64,000 bases of DNA, taken from the IMG/VR virus record IMGVR_UViG_3300008262_006988. One strand, written 5' to 3'. The position numbers were made by a program, and so were the translations under genes. Below, in pieces: positions 1 to 9,437 of this stretch. Source of the DNA: a virus. The first letter of the stretch is position 1. Every line of letters starts with the position of its first letter. The notes beneath the pieces were generated by a model. It was not told the DNA's origin and ran no database searches. It was given only the letters and a program-made list of their open reading frames with translations.

Positions 1-2
1 TT

Positions 3-668
3 GAAGTTAAAGAAATTACAAGCGATATAGCTGAAAAGCTTAATGAAAGCTTTGAGTCGCGTACTCATGCTCTTGAAAAGTACACAGAATCATCTTATAA
101 AGCTGCATTACAAAATATTGAACGGATTGCAGAGAGTGCAGATGAGAGAATCTCTGAGTGTGTTGAAGCTGTAAAACAACAACAATCTTTAGTACGTGAC
201 GTCACCGCAAAATTAAATGAACAAAATAGTACGTTTATTGAGAAAGTAAAGACGCGTGCTGTGAGCGAGGTAGAAAAATTTCTTAGTGAAAAACATGAGT
301 CTTTTAATAAGATTCTCAATCTTGATAAACAAGTTGCAAAACTTATACAAGAAAATAACAATTTAAAAAATAGCATTAATCAACTAAATCACGAAAAAGC
401 CAATATTAAGGCACTTGTTGAAAGTGCAAAAACGTACACAGATACCCGGGTATCGAAAGCGTCAAGAGATGCAGAGTATTACGCACGTAGAATACTCGAT
501 CTCGGCAGTGGCGGTGGAACGGTAGCAGCACAGTTTGCCAATGGCGGTGTAATGAATGGTGATTTGACTATTAACGGTAATATTCTCAGTGGCGGCAATA
601 ACCTTGTCAATGTATTCGCTGGCGAAGGTGGCGGTGATGATAACCCGATTAACGCTGGTGAATATTGA
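3..668 (+). CDS. Coiled-coil protein with Gly-rich C-terminal structural module (5'-truncated by window edge)
   Basis: Frame is open from nt 3. Heptad-like E/K/L-rich body, then GSGGGTVAAQFANGG...INAGEY, an ending typical of phage fibre-associated proteins. Confidence 0.7.
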   Translation, partial: EVKEITSDIAEKLNESFESRTHALEKYTESSYKAALQNIERIAESADERISECVEAVKQQQSLVRDVTAKLNEQNSTFIEKVKTRAVSEVEKFLSEKHESFNKILNLDKQVAKLIQENNNLKNSINQLNHEKANIKALVESAKTYTDTRVSKASRDAEYYARRILDLGSGGGTVAAQFANGGVMNGDLTINGNILSGGNNLVNVFAGEGGGDDNPINAGEY

Positions 669-708
669 TTTTTTGTAGTATCATTGTATACAAATTGGTA
701 TTGTTTGA

Positions 709-716
709 TATAAATA
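709..716 (+). promoter_or_regulatory. T4-type late promoter TATAAATA
   Basis: Exact TATAAATA 9 nt before ATG 726; the motif recurs before many structural genes. Confidence 0.7.
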
Positions 717-725
717 TATGTGTCT

Positions 726-3700
726 ATGTCCAAGAACATTATTAGAATCAAACGTCGTATTGTTGGTGATCCTGTACCTCCAAGCTCTCTTTTAAATGGT
801 GAATTAGCTTATAATGAAGTAAATTCAGTATTATACTACGGTGCTTCCGCGAGTATTGAGGCAATTGCTGGCAGTGGTATGTTCGTCGATCGCACCACAA
901 ATCAGACTATTTCTGGTGAAAAGACATTCGAGGACAAAGCATTTTTTAACGATGATGTTGATATCTTACAGAATGTTACAGTTTTTGGTAATCTTTCAGT
1001 TCTCGGTGATACAACAACTATTGATACCTTTTTATTAACAACGAGTGCAGTAGAAGTAACGAATAGTGGTACAGGGCCCGCATTATCGGTTACACAAACA
1101 GGGCCTGAAGATGTTGCTGTATTTTATGATGATGCGCAGTGTGCGTTAGTGATAAAAGACGGTGGCAATGTTGGTATAAATGTTTGTGATCCAAACGAGA
1201 AACTCACTGTCGCAGGTAGCATCTCAGCAACAAATGACTTATTTATCGACGGTGCGACCACACTTAAGGGCTCCGTCTTCATAGACGATACCCTAAACGT
1301 CACGGATGCAGTAGACTTTGACTCAACATTAAATGTTGACGGTGCCGCAACCCTTAAATCGACACTTGACGTAATAGGTGCTTCAACTTTCGCAGATACA
1401 CTCTCCGCTCAAGGAGCATTAACAGTCGATGGTACTTCTACCTTAAATGGATCAGTTACCGTTGACGACACGTTAAACGTTACGGGTGCTACCGATTTCG
1501 ATTCAACATTAAATGTTGACGGTGCTGTTACTTTTGCTTCAACGCTCTCCACGCAAGGTACGGTAACGATCGATGGCGCTACTGATCTTAATTCAACGCT
1601 AAGCGTTGACGGAGCTACAACACTGGGGTCTACTCTTGATGTCACTGGTACTTCAACATTTGCTTCTTCAGTCTCTGCACAAGGTGCTTTAACAGTTGAT
1701 GGTGCTTCTACCTTAAATGGATCAGTTACTGTTGATGATACGTTGAATGTTACTGGAGCAACTGATCTCGATTCAACCTTAAACGTTGATGGAGCTGCTA
1801 CATTTGCTTCAACCCTTTCTGCTCAAGGAGCAGTAACAATCGAAGGTGCTACTACCATTAACAATACATTAAATGTTACCGGCGCTGCTACATTTGCTTC
1901 TTCTGTCTCTGCACAAGGCGCTTTAACAGTTGATGGTGCTTCTACCTTAAATGGATCAGTTACTGTTGATGATACGTTAAACGTTACAGGCGCTACCGAT
2001 CTAGATTCAACCTTAAACGTCGATGGTGCGGTAACTCTCGCTTTAACGCTTTCTACACAAGGCGCGGTAACGATCGATGGCGCTACTACCATTAACAATA
2101 CGCTAAATGTTACGGGCGCTGTAGACCTTGATTCAACATTAAATGTTGACGGTGCTGTTACTTTCGCTTCAACCCTCTCTACACACGGCACTTTAACAGT
2201 TGATGATACTTCTACCTTAAACGGCGCTGTAACTATTGATGATACGCTAAATGTTACGGGCGCTGTAGACCTTGATTCAACATTAAATGTTGACGGTGCT
2301 GTTACTTTTGCTGATACACTCTCTACTATTGGTAATATATACGGTGCTAGTGGTTTAGAGATTGGTAGTGGTGTCACGACTTTGTTTGTCGAAAGCGGTA
2401 AGGTCGGTATTAATAACGATGTACCAAATGAGGAATTAACAGTTACAGGGTCTATTTCTGCAAGCGAAAATATATACGCTGTCGATGGTAACTTAACCGG
2501 TACATTGAACGTAGGTGGTACTGCTACTATTAATACTATTAATACCGGGGCAACAAATTCAGTTATTATAGAGTCAACAGGTCTTGTTCAGAAAAGAGAA
2601 ATAAATCCACAAGTGTGGGACACTACAGCAGTTTTTGTTTCTGCTTCCGATGGTGTTTTAACAGTTGATAGACTCACCAAAGCAACTAACTCAAACGGAA
2701 TTAACGAAAGTATTGTTACAGACGATGGCTCTCTCGTAACCGTTAACGGTAATCTAAGCGCTACTGGTACTACGGCTTTTGATTCTTCACTAAATGTTAA
2801 AGGAGCTGTAGATTTTGACTCGACTTTAAGTGTCGGTGATTCAGTACTTATTGAAGGTGATACCACTATAGCTAATACATTAAGTGTTACAAGTAATGTA
2901 ATATTTGATTCGAGCTTAGATGTTAAAGGTATCACGACACTCGACAGCGGTAGTATAAACACCGATGGGGTAGGTAATATTACACTTACAGGTAATGTAT
3001 CAGCGAATAATCTCTCATTAAATCAAAGTGCTGTAGTTAAAGGTGATTTAACGGTTTTTGGAAATTTAACAGCACTCGGTGACACTACGGTTATTGAGAC
3101 GACAACAACGGTTACAAGTGCATTCTCAATAACAAATGCAGGTTCACAGACTGCTCTTACCGTAACACAAAGAGGCGCTCAAGACGTTGCAGCTTTCTAT
3201 GATGGTGAGCTTACTGAGCCAGCACTTATCGTAAAAGATAATGGCAGAATTGGTGTCAATACTTCAACTCCTTCAGTTGAACTTACAGTTGCAGGTAGTA
3301 TTTCTGCTTCTGGTGATTTAAATGTAGTTGGTGATGTAGGCTTCGACTCACAGTTACAGGTACAAGGCAACACAACCATTGCCTCCTCTCTCACCACCAT
3401 GGGTGATTTAAGTGTGTTTACTGATTCTTACTTAAACGGTAATTCTTATCTATACGGAGCGACCACTATAGATAATACATTAAATGTTACTGGAACTGTA
3501 GACCTTGATGCAACGTTAAATGTTGACGGCGAAGCGGTGTTTAATTCAGCAGTTACTGCTTACGGTGATACATTTTTCCAGCAATCGATACACGTTACTG
3601 GTAGTGCAACTTTCGACGATGCTGCAACTTTTGCTTCTACTGTTTCTGCACATGGTACAATATATGGCGACAATGGTTTAGAGATTTCTTCAGGTGTTGG

Positions 3701-6041
3701 TAATACCACTCTTTACGTAGAAGATACTAAAGTGGGTATTAATACTGAAACCCCTAATGAGGAATTAACTGTCGTAGGTTCTATTAGTTCTAATGAGATA
3801 ATCTATGATTCGGTTGGAAATTCAGCTAATTGGAATAGTGTTTATAGTAATGTAAACAGTACATCTGCTAATATCGCTGCAAAGCTTGATTCAGTTTATA
3901 GTAACGTTAATAGCGCTTCAGCTAATTGGAATAGCGTTTACAGTAATGTTAACAGTACATCTGCTAATATCGCTGCAAAGCTTGATTCAGTTTATAGTAA
4001 CGTTAATAGCTCTTCAGCTAATTGGAATAGTGTTTATAGTAATGTAAATTCATTAAGTGCTGAAAACGCTACACGCAATTATGTCTATAGTAACTTTTTG
4101 TCACTTACGGGCGGCACTCTTACAGGTAAATTATCTACCGGGTCAACATCAACGCAGGCGGGATTAAACATTGGTAATGGCACCATACCTACATCACCTC
4201 AAGTCGGTGATATTTGGATGCAGCAATTCTCGCTTAATTGGCGCTCTCCTACCGGTACACATGCTGCAGCACTTACAAACGGTAGTAATACATTTAACAA
4301 GACACAAATAATTGCAGTAAACGATAGCGATACAACATTGCGATTAACGCAGGCGGGTACAGGCAATGTTTTAGTGGTTGAGGATAGTACTAATCCAGAT
4401 GCAACACCGTTTGTTATCAATAATACCGGTAATGTCGGTATCGGTGTCACACCAATACCTGATCCAAACATTAAATTAACCGTTTCTGGTAATATATCCG
4501 CATCAGGTACAATATTAGGTTCCAACTTAAATGTAGCGAACTGGGATTCTGTTTATTCTAATGTCTGGTCAAATTCCGGTACATATGCCACTGTTGCTTT
4601 TGCAGACAATAAGTTTTTCCCGCTTACCGGTGGTCTTATTACCGGTAATACAAGAATTAACGGTGATGTGACTATTTTCGGTAATCTTACTTCAACCGGT
4701 ACACAAACATTTGCAAATACAATATTCACAACAACAAGTGCTTTAAGTGTTGTGCATTTTGGAAGCGGGCCAGCGATGTGGGTAGGTAACAATGGTTCAG
4801 GTGATATTGCATCCTTCTATGATATCGATCAAGATATTGAGATCTTTCACGTTGGTGGTGAGAATAGTATAGCTCCTAATGTCGGTGTTAAGACATCATA
4901 CCCAAATAAAGATTTTACCGTCAACGGTGAAATGAGTGCTTCAGGTATTATTTGGTCTACCGATGGTGATTCAAGTCAATGGTCTTCAACATATAGTACA
5001 GTTTATACAAACAGTGCTTACTGGAATGAACCAAAATCCGATGTACGTTTATTATCATCAAATTGGGAAGATACATACAGCACAGTTCAGAGTAACAGCG
5101 CTCAATGGGCTTCTAATGATACCGAATTAGTTAATCTTACAGGTAACTGGGAGAGTACATACAGTGCAGTACAGACTAACTCTGCTTACTGGAATGAACC
5201 AAAATCCGATGTACGTTTATTATCATCAAATTGGGAAGATACATATAGTATAGTACTCACGAATTCTGCTCAATGGGCTTCTAATGATACCGAATTAGTT
5301 AATCTTACAGGTAACTGGGAGAGCACTTATACGGCTGTTCAAATTAATAGTGCATATTGGAATGAACCAAAATCTGATGTACGTTTATTATCGGCAAATT
5401 GGGAAGATACATATACATCTGTTAACAGTAATAGTAGTTTCTGGGTGGATACATATAGCACAGTTCTTGCAAACTCTGCTTATTGGAATGAGCCGAAGTC
5501 TGACGTTACAGCATTAACTAGTAACTGGGAGAATACATATACTACAGTTTTCACTAACAGTGCTTCGAATTGGGAGAATAGTTCTGTAATAAGTTATGTC
5601 GATGCTACTTTCTTACCATTAACCGGTGGTATAATAACAGGTGACTTAACTGTAACAAATACCATCTCTTGCGGAAACGGCTTGGTAGTTGACGGTGGGG
5701 TAAATACTACTCTATATGTTGAAGATACAAAGGTAGGTATCAATACTGAAACACCGAATCACGCACTTGCAGTTGTCGGTAGCATAAGTGCTACTGGTTC
5801 GTATTACGGCGATGGTTCGCAGTTAACAGGTATAGTTGCGGGTGATACGCAAGCAACGACATTAGTTAGATCAAATTCCGGCTTCTGGCAAGATACATAC
5901 ACAACAGTTCAAGCAAATTCAGGTAGTTATGTGACAACTGTTACCACTAACACCCCCGGAACGAGTGCTGTGACAAAAATTGTTGCTGTTTCAGCTCTTC
6001 CTGTTGTACAAGACCCGACAACATTATATATATTAATATAA
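726..6041 (+). CDS. Giant modular tail fibre / virion fibre protein (~1770 aa)
   Basis: N-terminal IRIKRR...LNGELAYNE attachment module, long TLNVxG beta-repeats, repeated VGINTxxPNEELTVxGSISA modules, SANW repeats and C-terminal DPTTLY motif. ATG 726 preferred over GTG 720. Confidence 0.8.
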   Translation: MSKNIIRIKRRIVGDPVPPSSLLNGELAYNEVNSVLYYGASASIEAIAGSGMFVDRTTNQTISGEKTFEDKAFFNDDVDILQNVTVFGNLSVLGDTTTIDTFLLTTSAVEVTNSGTGPALSVTQTGPEDVAVFYDDAQCALVIKDGGNVGINVCDPNEKLTVAGSISATNDLFIDGATTLKGSVFIDDTLNVTDAVDFDSTLNVDGAATLKSTLDVIGASTFADTLSAQGALTVDGTSTLNGSVTVDDTLNVTGATDFDSTLNVDGAVTFASTLSTQGTVTIDGATDLNSTLSVDGATTLGSTLDVTGTSTFASSVSAQGALTVDGASTLNGSVTVDDTLNVTGATDLDSTLNVDGAATFASTLSAQGAVTIEGATTINNTLNVTGAATFASSVSAQGALTVDGASTLNGSVTVDDTLNVTGATDLDSTLNVDGAVTLALTLSTQGAVTIDGATTINNTLNVTGAVDLDSTLNVDGAVTFASTLSTHGTLTVDDTSTLNGAVTIDDTLNVTGAVDLDSTLNVDGAVTFADTLSTIGNIYGASGLEIGSGVTTLFVESGKVGINNDVPNEELTVTGSISASENIYAVDGNLTGTLNVGGTATINTINTGATNSVIIESTGLVQKREINPQVWDTTAVFVSASDGVLTVDRLTKATNSNGINESIVTDDGSLVTVNGNLSATGTTAFDSSLNVKGAVDFDSTLSVGDSVLIEGDTTIANTLSVTSNVIFDSSLDVKGITTLDSGSINTDGVGNITLTGNVSANNLSLNQSAVVKGDLTVFGNLTALGDTTVIETTTTVTSAFSITNAGSQTALTVTQRGAQDVAAFYDGELTEPALIVKDNGRIGVNTSTPSVELTVAGSISASGDLNVVGDVGFDSQLQVQGNTTIASSLTTMGDLSVFTDSYLNGNSYLYGATTIDNTLNVTGTVDLDATLNVDGEAVFNSAVTAYGDTFFQQSIHVTGSATFDDAATFASTVSAHGTIYGDNGLEISSGVGNTTLYVEDTKVGINTETPNEELTVVGSISSNEIIYDSVGNSANWNSVYSNVNSTSANIAAKLDSVYSNVNSASANWNSVYSNVNSTSANIAAKLDSVYSNVNSSSANWNSVYSNVNSLSAENATRNYVYSNFLSLTGGTLTGKLSTGSTSTQAGLNIGNGTIPTSPQVGDIWMQQFSLNWRSPTGTHAAALTNGSNTFNKTQIIAVNDSDTTLRLTQAGTGNVLVVEDSTNPDATPFVINNTGNVGIGVTPIPDPNIKLTVSGNISASGTILGSNLNVANWDSVYSNVWSNSGTYATVAFADNKFFPLTGGLITGNTRINGDVTIFGNLTSTGTQTFANTIFTTTSALSVVHFGSGPAMWVGNNGSGDIASFYDIDQDIEIFHVGGENSIAPNVGVKTSYPNKDFTVNGEMSASGIIWSTDGDSSQWSSTYSTVYTNSAYWNEPKSDVRLLSSNWEDTYSTVQSNSAQWASNDTELVNLTGNWESTYSAVQTNSAYWNEPKSDVRLLSSNWEDTYSIVLTNSAQWASNDTELVNLTGNWESTYTAVQINSAYWNEPKSDVRLLSANWEDTYTSVNSNSSFWVDTYSTVLANSAYWNEPKSDVTALTSNWENTYTTVFTNSASNWENSSVISYVDATFLPLTGGIITGDLTVTNTISCGNGLVVDGGVNTTLYVEDTKVGINTETPNHALAVVGSISATGSYYGDGSQLTGIVAGDTQATTLVRSNSGFWQDTYTTVQANSGSYVTTVTTNTPGTSAVTKIVAVSALPVVQDPTTLYILI
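1250..2330 (+). repeat. Coding tandem repeats (TLNVTGATDLDSTLNVDGAVTFASTLSAQGA...), ~6-aa beta periodicity
   Basis: Near-identical DNA units such as gattcaacattaaatgttgacggtgctgttact recur; boundaries approximate. Confidence 0.85.
3820..4070 (+). repeat. Coding 14-aa SANWNSVYSNVNS(T/A) repeats
   Basis: Direct repeats visible at both DNA and protein level. Confidence 0.85.
4975..5580 (+). repeat. Coding repeats NSAYWNEPKSDVRLLSSNWEDTY (x4) and NSAQWASNDTELVNLTGNWESTY (x2)
   Basis: Repeated tggaatgaaccaaaatccgatgtacgtttattatc units. Confidence 0.85.
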
Positions 6042-6044
6042 TAT

Positions 6045-7220
6045 ATGATATTACGCAATTCACAGTATGTTGCATTTGGTAACATAGCAGCAAAAGAAGT
6101 CTGGTTAAACTATAACCGAGTATGGCCGGCGATAACTGTATGTTATAGTTGGTTAAAAAAGCCATTAGCTACAAACACATGGTCTGATATTGTATATGGA
6201 CCTGTTAATACTTTAGTAGCCACTGGTCTGAATGTATATTCGTATTCATTAGATAATGGCAATACATGGTCATCTCTTTCTACAATTAATACAGATGCTG
6301 GTAATGAATTTTTTAATGCTGTAGCTTATGGTAACAATATGTGGTCTATGGTAGAATTTGTGCCAGCTGTAGTGGGACAAGGTGCAAAATTCTTTTATAC
6401 AAGCGTTGATGTATTAACAGGTTGGACAAAAATACCTTTTGCAAATACAACTCTAAATCCTTTGTTTTCGACTTTCTCTTATACAGACATGAGTTTTAAT
6501 CCGTATAATAATAAATTTATTGCTTTTACTGATCAAAAGAATTTAACAGGCAATGATTGCAATGCAGCTGTAATATATTCAGATGATGGAGTCACCTGGT
6601 TGAGTGGAGGTTATTTTTATCAAAACGGAACTCGTGTAACATCTCCTCAAAGTTTTGGTAATGGAATAGCAATTGGTACCAACATGCCGAATAATCGATT
6701 AGCAACGTGTGGAAGTGCTGGTGAGCACAAATTTGCTTATTCGGACAACGGAGGATTAACTTGGATTCAAGGAAATTATAGTCCTGGCCCTACTGGACAA
6801 TATCTACAAGCAGGTTTTGGGGGTAATCAAACTGCCTATGGTTATGATGGAGGTCAATATATACCATTAAGTGGAAGATATGTGGTACCGAATTTATTTG
6901 GTACCACGGGAACATATCAATTTGCATATTCTGATGATGGAATTGGGTGGATTGGTGTAAGCTATATAAATTCCCCATCCTTGTCTGCTAATCTTTGTCA
7001 AGATTGGAGCTGTGTAGCGTATGCAAACGGTAAATTTGTAGCGTTGTCAAATGCCGGTGGTTACCAAGCTGTATCAAGAGACGGCATTAATTGGACCGGG
7101 TGTCAAAATATGCCTACCGCCACAAGCAACAAGGATATTGTTGTTGCAAATAATCGCTTTGTCGCTGTGGTTGATAACGAAGCTGGAAACAATAATGCTG
7201 TGATAGCAGATTTTGTTTAA
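6045..7220 (+). CDS. Putative fibre tip / receptor-binding beta-propeller (BNR/Asp-box repeats)
   Basis: Repeated SxDxGxTW Asp-boxes (SLDNGNTW, SDDGVTW, SDNGGLTW, SRDGINW) and AYGNN/AYANGKFVA motifs. Confidence 0.7.
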   Translation: MILRNSQYVAFGNIAAKEVWLNYNRVWPAITVCYSWLKKPLATNTWSDIVYGPVNTLVATGLNVYSYSLDNGNTWSSLSTINTDAGNEFFNAVAYGNNMWSMVEFVPAVVGQGAKFFYTSVDVLTGWTKIPFANTTLNPLFSTFSYTDMSFNPYNNKFIAFTDQKNLTGNDCNAAVIYSDDGVTWLSGGYFYQNGTRVTSPQSFGNGIAIGTNMPNNRLATCGSAGEHKFAYSDNGGLTWIQGNYSPGPTGQYLQAGFGGNQTAYGYDGGQYIPLSGRYVVPNLFGTTGTYQFAYSDDGIGWIGVSYINSPSLSANLCQDWSCVAYANGKFVALSNAGGYQAVSRDGINWTGCQNMPTATSNKDIVVANNRFVAVVDNEAGNNNAVIADFV

Positions 7221-7250
7221 AAAATTGTAGATTTTTTATATTACATCTAA

Positions 7251-7258
7251 TATAAATA
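7251..7258 (+). promoter_or_regulatory. T4-type late promoter upstream of hsp20
   Basis: Exact TATAAATA. Confidence 0.65.
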
Positions 7259-7262
7259 ATTA

Positions 7263-7294
7263 TAGCTCTGGTGCTCAACCGAGACTAGAAAGAC
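7263..7294 (+). repeat. Left arm of inverted repeat enclosing hsp20 (5' UTR)
   Basis: CTCTGGTGCTCAA (7266-7278) is the exact reverse complement of 7832-7844; pairing extends with G-U pairs. Confidence 0.85.
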
Positions 7295-7325
7295 ATATTA
7301 ACTCGCTTAATAAAGGAGAAAACAT

Positions 7326-7814
7326 ATGACAACAACACTAAAAACATACGAACCGGCCTACACAGTAGGTCACTATGGCAGCTCAAATTACCGGCTACCT
7401 GCCATTTTTAACGACAGCTGGTTTAATTCCCTATTCGGGGATATTGATAAGGCGTTTGAAATTCCAAACGCAGTATACCCTTACAATGTAAGGGCAACAA
7501 CTAACAAAGACGGTGAAGCTACTTCATATATTGTTGAGGTTGCACTAGCCGGTGTTGGTAAGAATAACATTGACATTAAAGTAAAAGATGGTCATCTTAA
7601 GATTAATGTCAATAAAGAAGAAGAAGGCGAAGAAGAAGCTGATACCACTTATGTCCGTAAAGGAATAAGTAAACGTAAAGGCAGTCTTTCTTTTGCCTTG
7701 AGTGAAAAAACTGATGCTAAGAGCATCACATCATCATACACGGATGGGCTTTTGCGAGTAACTGTCCCTGTAAAACAACCGGAGGTCTACAATATAGATA
7801 TTAAGGTTGACTAA
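7326..7814 (+). CDS. hsp20: Small heat-shock protein (Hsp20/alpha-crystallin family)
   Basis: YPYNV...EVALAG...YVRKGIS.R...F.L....DGLLRVTVP pattern; strong SD (AAGGAG) upstream. Confidence 0.92.
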   Translation: MTTTLKTYEPAYTVGHYGSSNYRLPAIFNDSWFNSLFGDIDKAFEIPNAVYPYNVRATTNKDGEATSYIVEVALAGVGKNNIDIKVKDGHLKINVNKEEEGEEEADTTYVRKGISKRKGSLSFALSEKTDAKSITSSYTDGLLRVTVPVKQPEVYNIDIKVD

Positions 7815-7848
7815 GTTTTGATAGTCTTTGTTTGAGCACCAGAGGCTA
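7815..7848 (+). repeat. Right arm of inverted repeat enclosing hsp20 (3' UTR)
   Basis: TTGAGCACCAGAG (7832-7844) plus TAGTCTT (7822-7828), complementary to the 5' UTR. Confidence 0.85.
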
Positions 7849-7862
7849 ACTTATATATAAAT

Positions 7863-8105
7863 ATGAAATTTGATACATTAATTGAAAAAACCATGGGTGG
7901 TTTAGGAAAAGGAAAATCAGTTGCTGATCTTGCTAAAATGCACAATGTATCGTCAACAGTTATAAAGAAGCAGCTTAAAAAAGGAACTAAAGTAGAGAAA
8001 GAGCACACAAAAAGCGCTAAGAAAGCAAAGCAAATTGCAAAAGATCACTTAGCCGAGAGACCGAGATACTATACTATGCTTCAAAAAGCAGAGAAGAGTA
8101 CATGA
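7863..8105 (+). CDS. Small basic phage protein (DUF5661-like)
   Basis: QLKKGTKVEKEHT...AKQIAKDHLAERPRYY motif. Confidence 0.65.
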   Translation: MKFDTLIEKTMGGLGKGKSVADLAKMHNVSSTVIKKQLKKGTKVEKEHTKSAKKAKQIAKDHLAERPRYYTMLQKAEKST

Positions 8106-8878
8106 ATACAGTTTTTGAGAGTATAAAGCAAGCTAAAATTTATTCCCATCCGTGGCCACATTACGAAATACACAATATTTTCGATAATGATATTCATAAC
8201 TGGATTAATAATTTTAACTTCCCTTCTAACGAAGAGATCTTTAGCCGTAAAAAAGATTTCTTTATGTCAAAAAAAACCGAACGTGTTGGTGCAGTAGGTA
8301 TTAAGCAATTTCTCGATGCATTTAAACAAAGGTATAATGCAGCAAAAGAAGCGATATGGCACAAAAAAACACATCCCTGCGAATTTATTTTTGGTACAGA
8401 TTTTTTACAACAAAATCCTCATGCTCGAAGGATAGTAAAAATGTTTCTCAGTCTTGAGGTTATAAATTCACTTGAATCTTTAGAGAATGTTAAGCTTGAT
8501 AAGTCTTTTTTAAGAATAATGTTAATAAAAGATGTACCAGGGTATGAAATACCTGTTCACCCCGACTCGGATAAAAAACTCTTTACACTTCAATGTTTTT
8601 TTAAAACTGATATTAATACAACTAAAGACCTCGGTACACAGATCTGTGATGAATATGGTAATGTTGTTAAAAGGACAATATATGCTGAAAATACGGGTAC
8701 GTTCTTTTTCCCGCGACAAGAAAAAACTAATAACTATATACCCACATTACATGCATTTATTAACACTCCTATTGACAATTACAGAATATCACTTATGGTA
8801 AACTACTGTAAGCGAGAAGAAGTAACAAGAGATGATGTAGGTAATAAACTCGGTTATCTTATCCCTGTTTTAGAATAA
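8102..8878 (+). CDS. 2OG-Fe(II) oxygenase superfamily protein
   Basis: PWPHYEI start, HxD (HPD), distal H (TLHAF) and RxS (YRISL). Confidence 0.7.
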   Translation: MNTVFESIKQAKIYSHPWPHYEIHNIFDNDIHNWINNFNFPSNEEIFSRKKDFFMSKKTERVGAVGIKQFLDAFKQRYNAAKEAIWHKKTHPCEFIFGTDFLQQNPHARRIVKMFLSLEVINSLESLENVKLDKSFLRIMLIKDVPGYEIPVHPDSDKKLFTLQCFFKTDINTTKDLGTQICDEYGNVVKRTIYAENTGTFFFPRQEKTNNYIPTLHAFINTPIDNYRISLMVNYCKREEVTRDDVGNKLGYLIPVLE

Positions 8879-8886
8879 ATATATAC

Positions 8887-9147
8887 ATGGTATCTTTTCA
8901 GCAGTATATTAAAGAAAAAACTAATCTCGAACCTAATGAAGTAAGACCAGGAGACAAGATAGTAGATAATAACCCAGAGTGTAAGCATTACAAGAGCTCT
9001 GGAGTAGTGACCAAAGTTAAAAAGATTAAAGGTAAAAAAGGTAATACTGTTGGTAATAAGGTTGAATATAAATGCACCAATAAAGGAAAAGCTTGGAAAC
9101 AAGGCGATAAGCTCGAAAAAACTGAAATACAATTAAAAAAAGCTTGA
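8887..9147 (+). CDS. Small basic protein, possible capsid-targeted internal protein
   Basis: N-terminus MVSFQQYIKE resembles the T4 capsid-targeting sequence; AATAAATA immediately upstream. Confidence 0.55.
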   Translation: MVSFQQYIKEKTNLEPNEVRPGDKIVDNNPECKHYKSSGVVTKVKKIKGKKGNTVGNKVEYKCTNKGKAWKQGDKLEKTEIQLKKA

Positions 9148-9177
9148 TTAAAAATATCAGGCCTATATGATGATTGT

Positions 9178-9348
9178 ATGGACGCTGAATACCTGCTGAG
9201 CTTACCGCAAGAAGAGCTTGAAAATATTGTAAGAAAAAAACTTGAATATCTGGTTGAAGAAGGTATGGTTTTACAAGTTGGTGACAAGTTTAGGCTCAAA
9301 ACAGAGGCGGAGCTGGATGAAGAAATGATGGCTTTATTGATGGATTAA
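9178..9348 (+). CDS. Small acidic hypothetical protein (56 aa, MDAEYLLSLPQEELENIV...)
   Basis: Clean ORF not in the track; preceded by sigma70-like TTGATT-N16-TATGAT. Confidence 0.65.
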   Translation: MDAEYLLSLPQEELENIVRKKLEYLVEEGMVLQVGDKFRLKTEAELDEEMMALLMD

Positions 9349-9353
9349 AACAA

Positions 9354-9427
9354 CGGAGCGTAGCTTAGCTTGGTAGAGCGTCTGGTTTGGGACCAGAAGG
9401 TCGCGAGTTCAAATCCCGCCGTTCCGA
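9354..9427 (+). tRNA. tRNA-Pro (TGG), CCA not encoded
   Basis: Acceptor CGGAGCG/CGTTCCG, anticodon arm TCTGG-TTTGGGA-CCAGA, T-loop GTTCAAATC. Confidence 0.93.
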
Positions 9428-9437
9428 AATACTAACA

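Noticed and set aside
1409-4792. Antisense and alternate-frame ORFs inside long genes (also 12700-13290, 19627-20133, 36105-37112, 61361-62298)
   Set aside because: Shadow ORFs caused by repeat and codon bias, with no motifs or expression signals.
9387-9437. Track N-terminal extensions of hpt (and of 10818-11318)
   Set aside because: They run through tRNA-Pro and the tmRNA 3' end; downstream ATGs were used instead.
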